In this document: positions 37,750-38,270 of the stretch, one piece after another
Layout of the letters: each line of letters begins with the position of its first letter
How positions within the stretch are numbered: the stretch's first letter is position 1
From: Candidatus Doudnabacteria bacterium
Lineage (GTDB): Bacteria > Patescibacteriota > Doudnabacteria > UBA920 > O2-02-FULL-48-8
Reading direction: 5' to 3'
Length of the DNA stretch: 38,270 nucleotides
NCBI GenBank assembly: GCA_037200925.1
Contig: JBBCGO010000001.1
Span: 139,552-177,821, forward strand
Position numbers and translations under genes: made by a program
Notes under the pieces: model-generated
What the model saw: the letters and a program-made list of their open reading frames with translations, nothing else
Told to the model about the DNA's origin: nothing
Database searches by the model: none

Positions 37750-38270
37750 ACTCATGCGACTTTTCCATGTCTTTTTCCATAAAACCGTCGGTTTTTATGG
37801 TTTCCACGATCTCTTCAATTGATTCCAACAGCTTTACTTTAAGTTTTTCAATATCTTCTTTCGTTCCAAGGAATTTCAAGGGATCATCCAGCGCTTTAAA
37901 ATACCAATAACTTAAGCTGTTGATCTTCTCCTTGAATCCTTCTTCGGCAGCCCATTGATAGATCAGAAGCTGGTCGCGGTCGACCTGTTCAAGTTTAACC
38001 CTGGGTTCGCCGGTTTTATAATCAATGATATCGATCGAACCGTCAGAATTCGCGTCAGCGCGGTCAATGCGGCCTTTGAACTTATATTCCCCCAGTTTCA
38101 GCCGGAACGATTGTTCCAAATATTTTGGGAGCTTTGGGTCATTACAGAATTTTTCGTAAAATTTATCAAGATATTTAAGGCCATCGGCGCGGTAGGCCTG
38201 CTTGTTGATCTTATCCGGATACCAATCATCCACCCAGGATTCGCTGTAAAACCTGACCAATGTTTCTTTT
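37712..38270 (-). CDS. PD-(D/E)XK nuclease domain, probably the C-terminus of a UvrD/AddA-like helicase-nuclease; 5'-truncated by the window edge
   Basis: LEQSFRL...FKGRIDRAD....IDIIDYKTG, QLLIY (RecB-like); frame open to the window end. Confidence 0.85.
   Translation of the reverse strand, partial: KETLVRFYSESWVDDWYPDKINKQAYRADGLKYLDKFYEKFCNDPKLPKYLEQSFRLKLGEYKFKGRIDRADANSDGSIDIIDYKTGEPRVKLEQVDRDQLLIYQWAAEEGFKEKINSLSYWYFKALDDPLKFLGTKEDIEKLKVKLLESIEEIVETIKTDGFMEKDMEKSHECKFRHLESNIVA

Overview
Bacterial chromosomal window (genetic code 11) with about 49 tightly packed, often overlapping genes. The gene repertoire and style (tandem type IV pilins, many orphans, few Shine-Dalgarno sites) suggest a CPR/Patescibacteria (Parcubacteria-like) genome; this is inference. 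Housekeeping content: fmt/def, gltX, an M23 peptidase, an IscS-type desulfurase, rpmA, ftsE-ftsX-rplI-pyrG, prfB with its +1 programmed frameshift, a 10-gene dTMP operon (dcd, tmk, thyA, folA interleaved with a methyltransferase and CYTH, NUDIX, HD and HAD hydrolases), secE-nusG-rplK-rplA, gyrB and pheS/pheT. No rRNA, tRNA, CRISPR array, transposase or integrase was seen. Most notable signals: (1) a symmetric 11-6-11 dif-like site at 7322-7349, with an extra half-site and hairpins, where gene orientation switches from mostly + to mostly -; (2) a 126-bp GC-rich, highly structured insertion flanked by a perfect 20-bp duplication that rewrites the 3' end of a nuclease/helicase gene; (3) a structured rpmA leader with an overlapping uORF; (4) repeated, translationally coupled insertion of accessory genes between core genes of essential operons; (5) a 1-kb patch of about 10 single-base indels breaking an SDR gene and fmt, probably a sequencing artefact.
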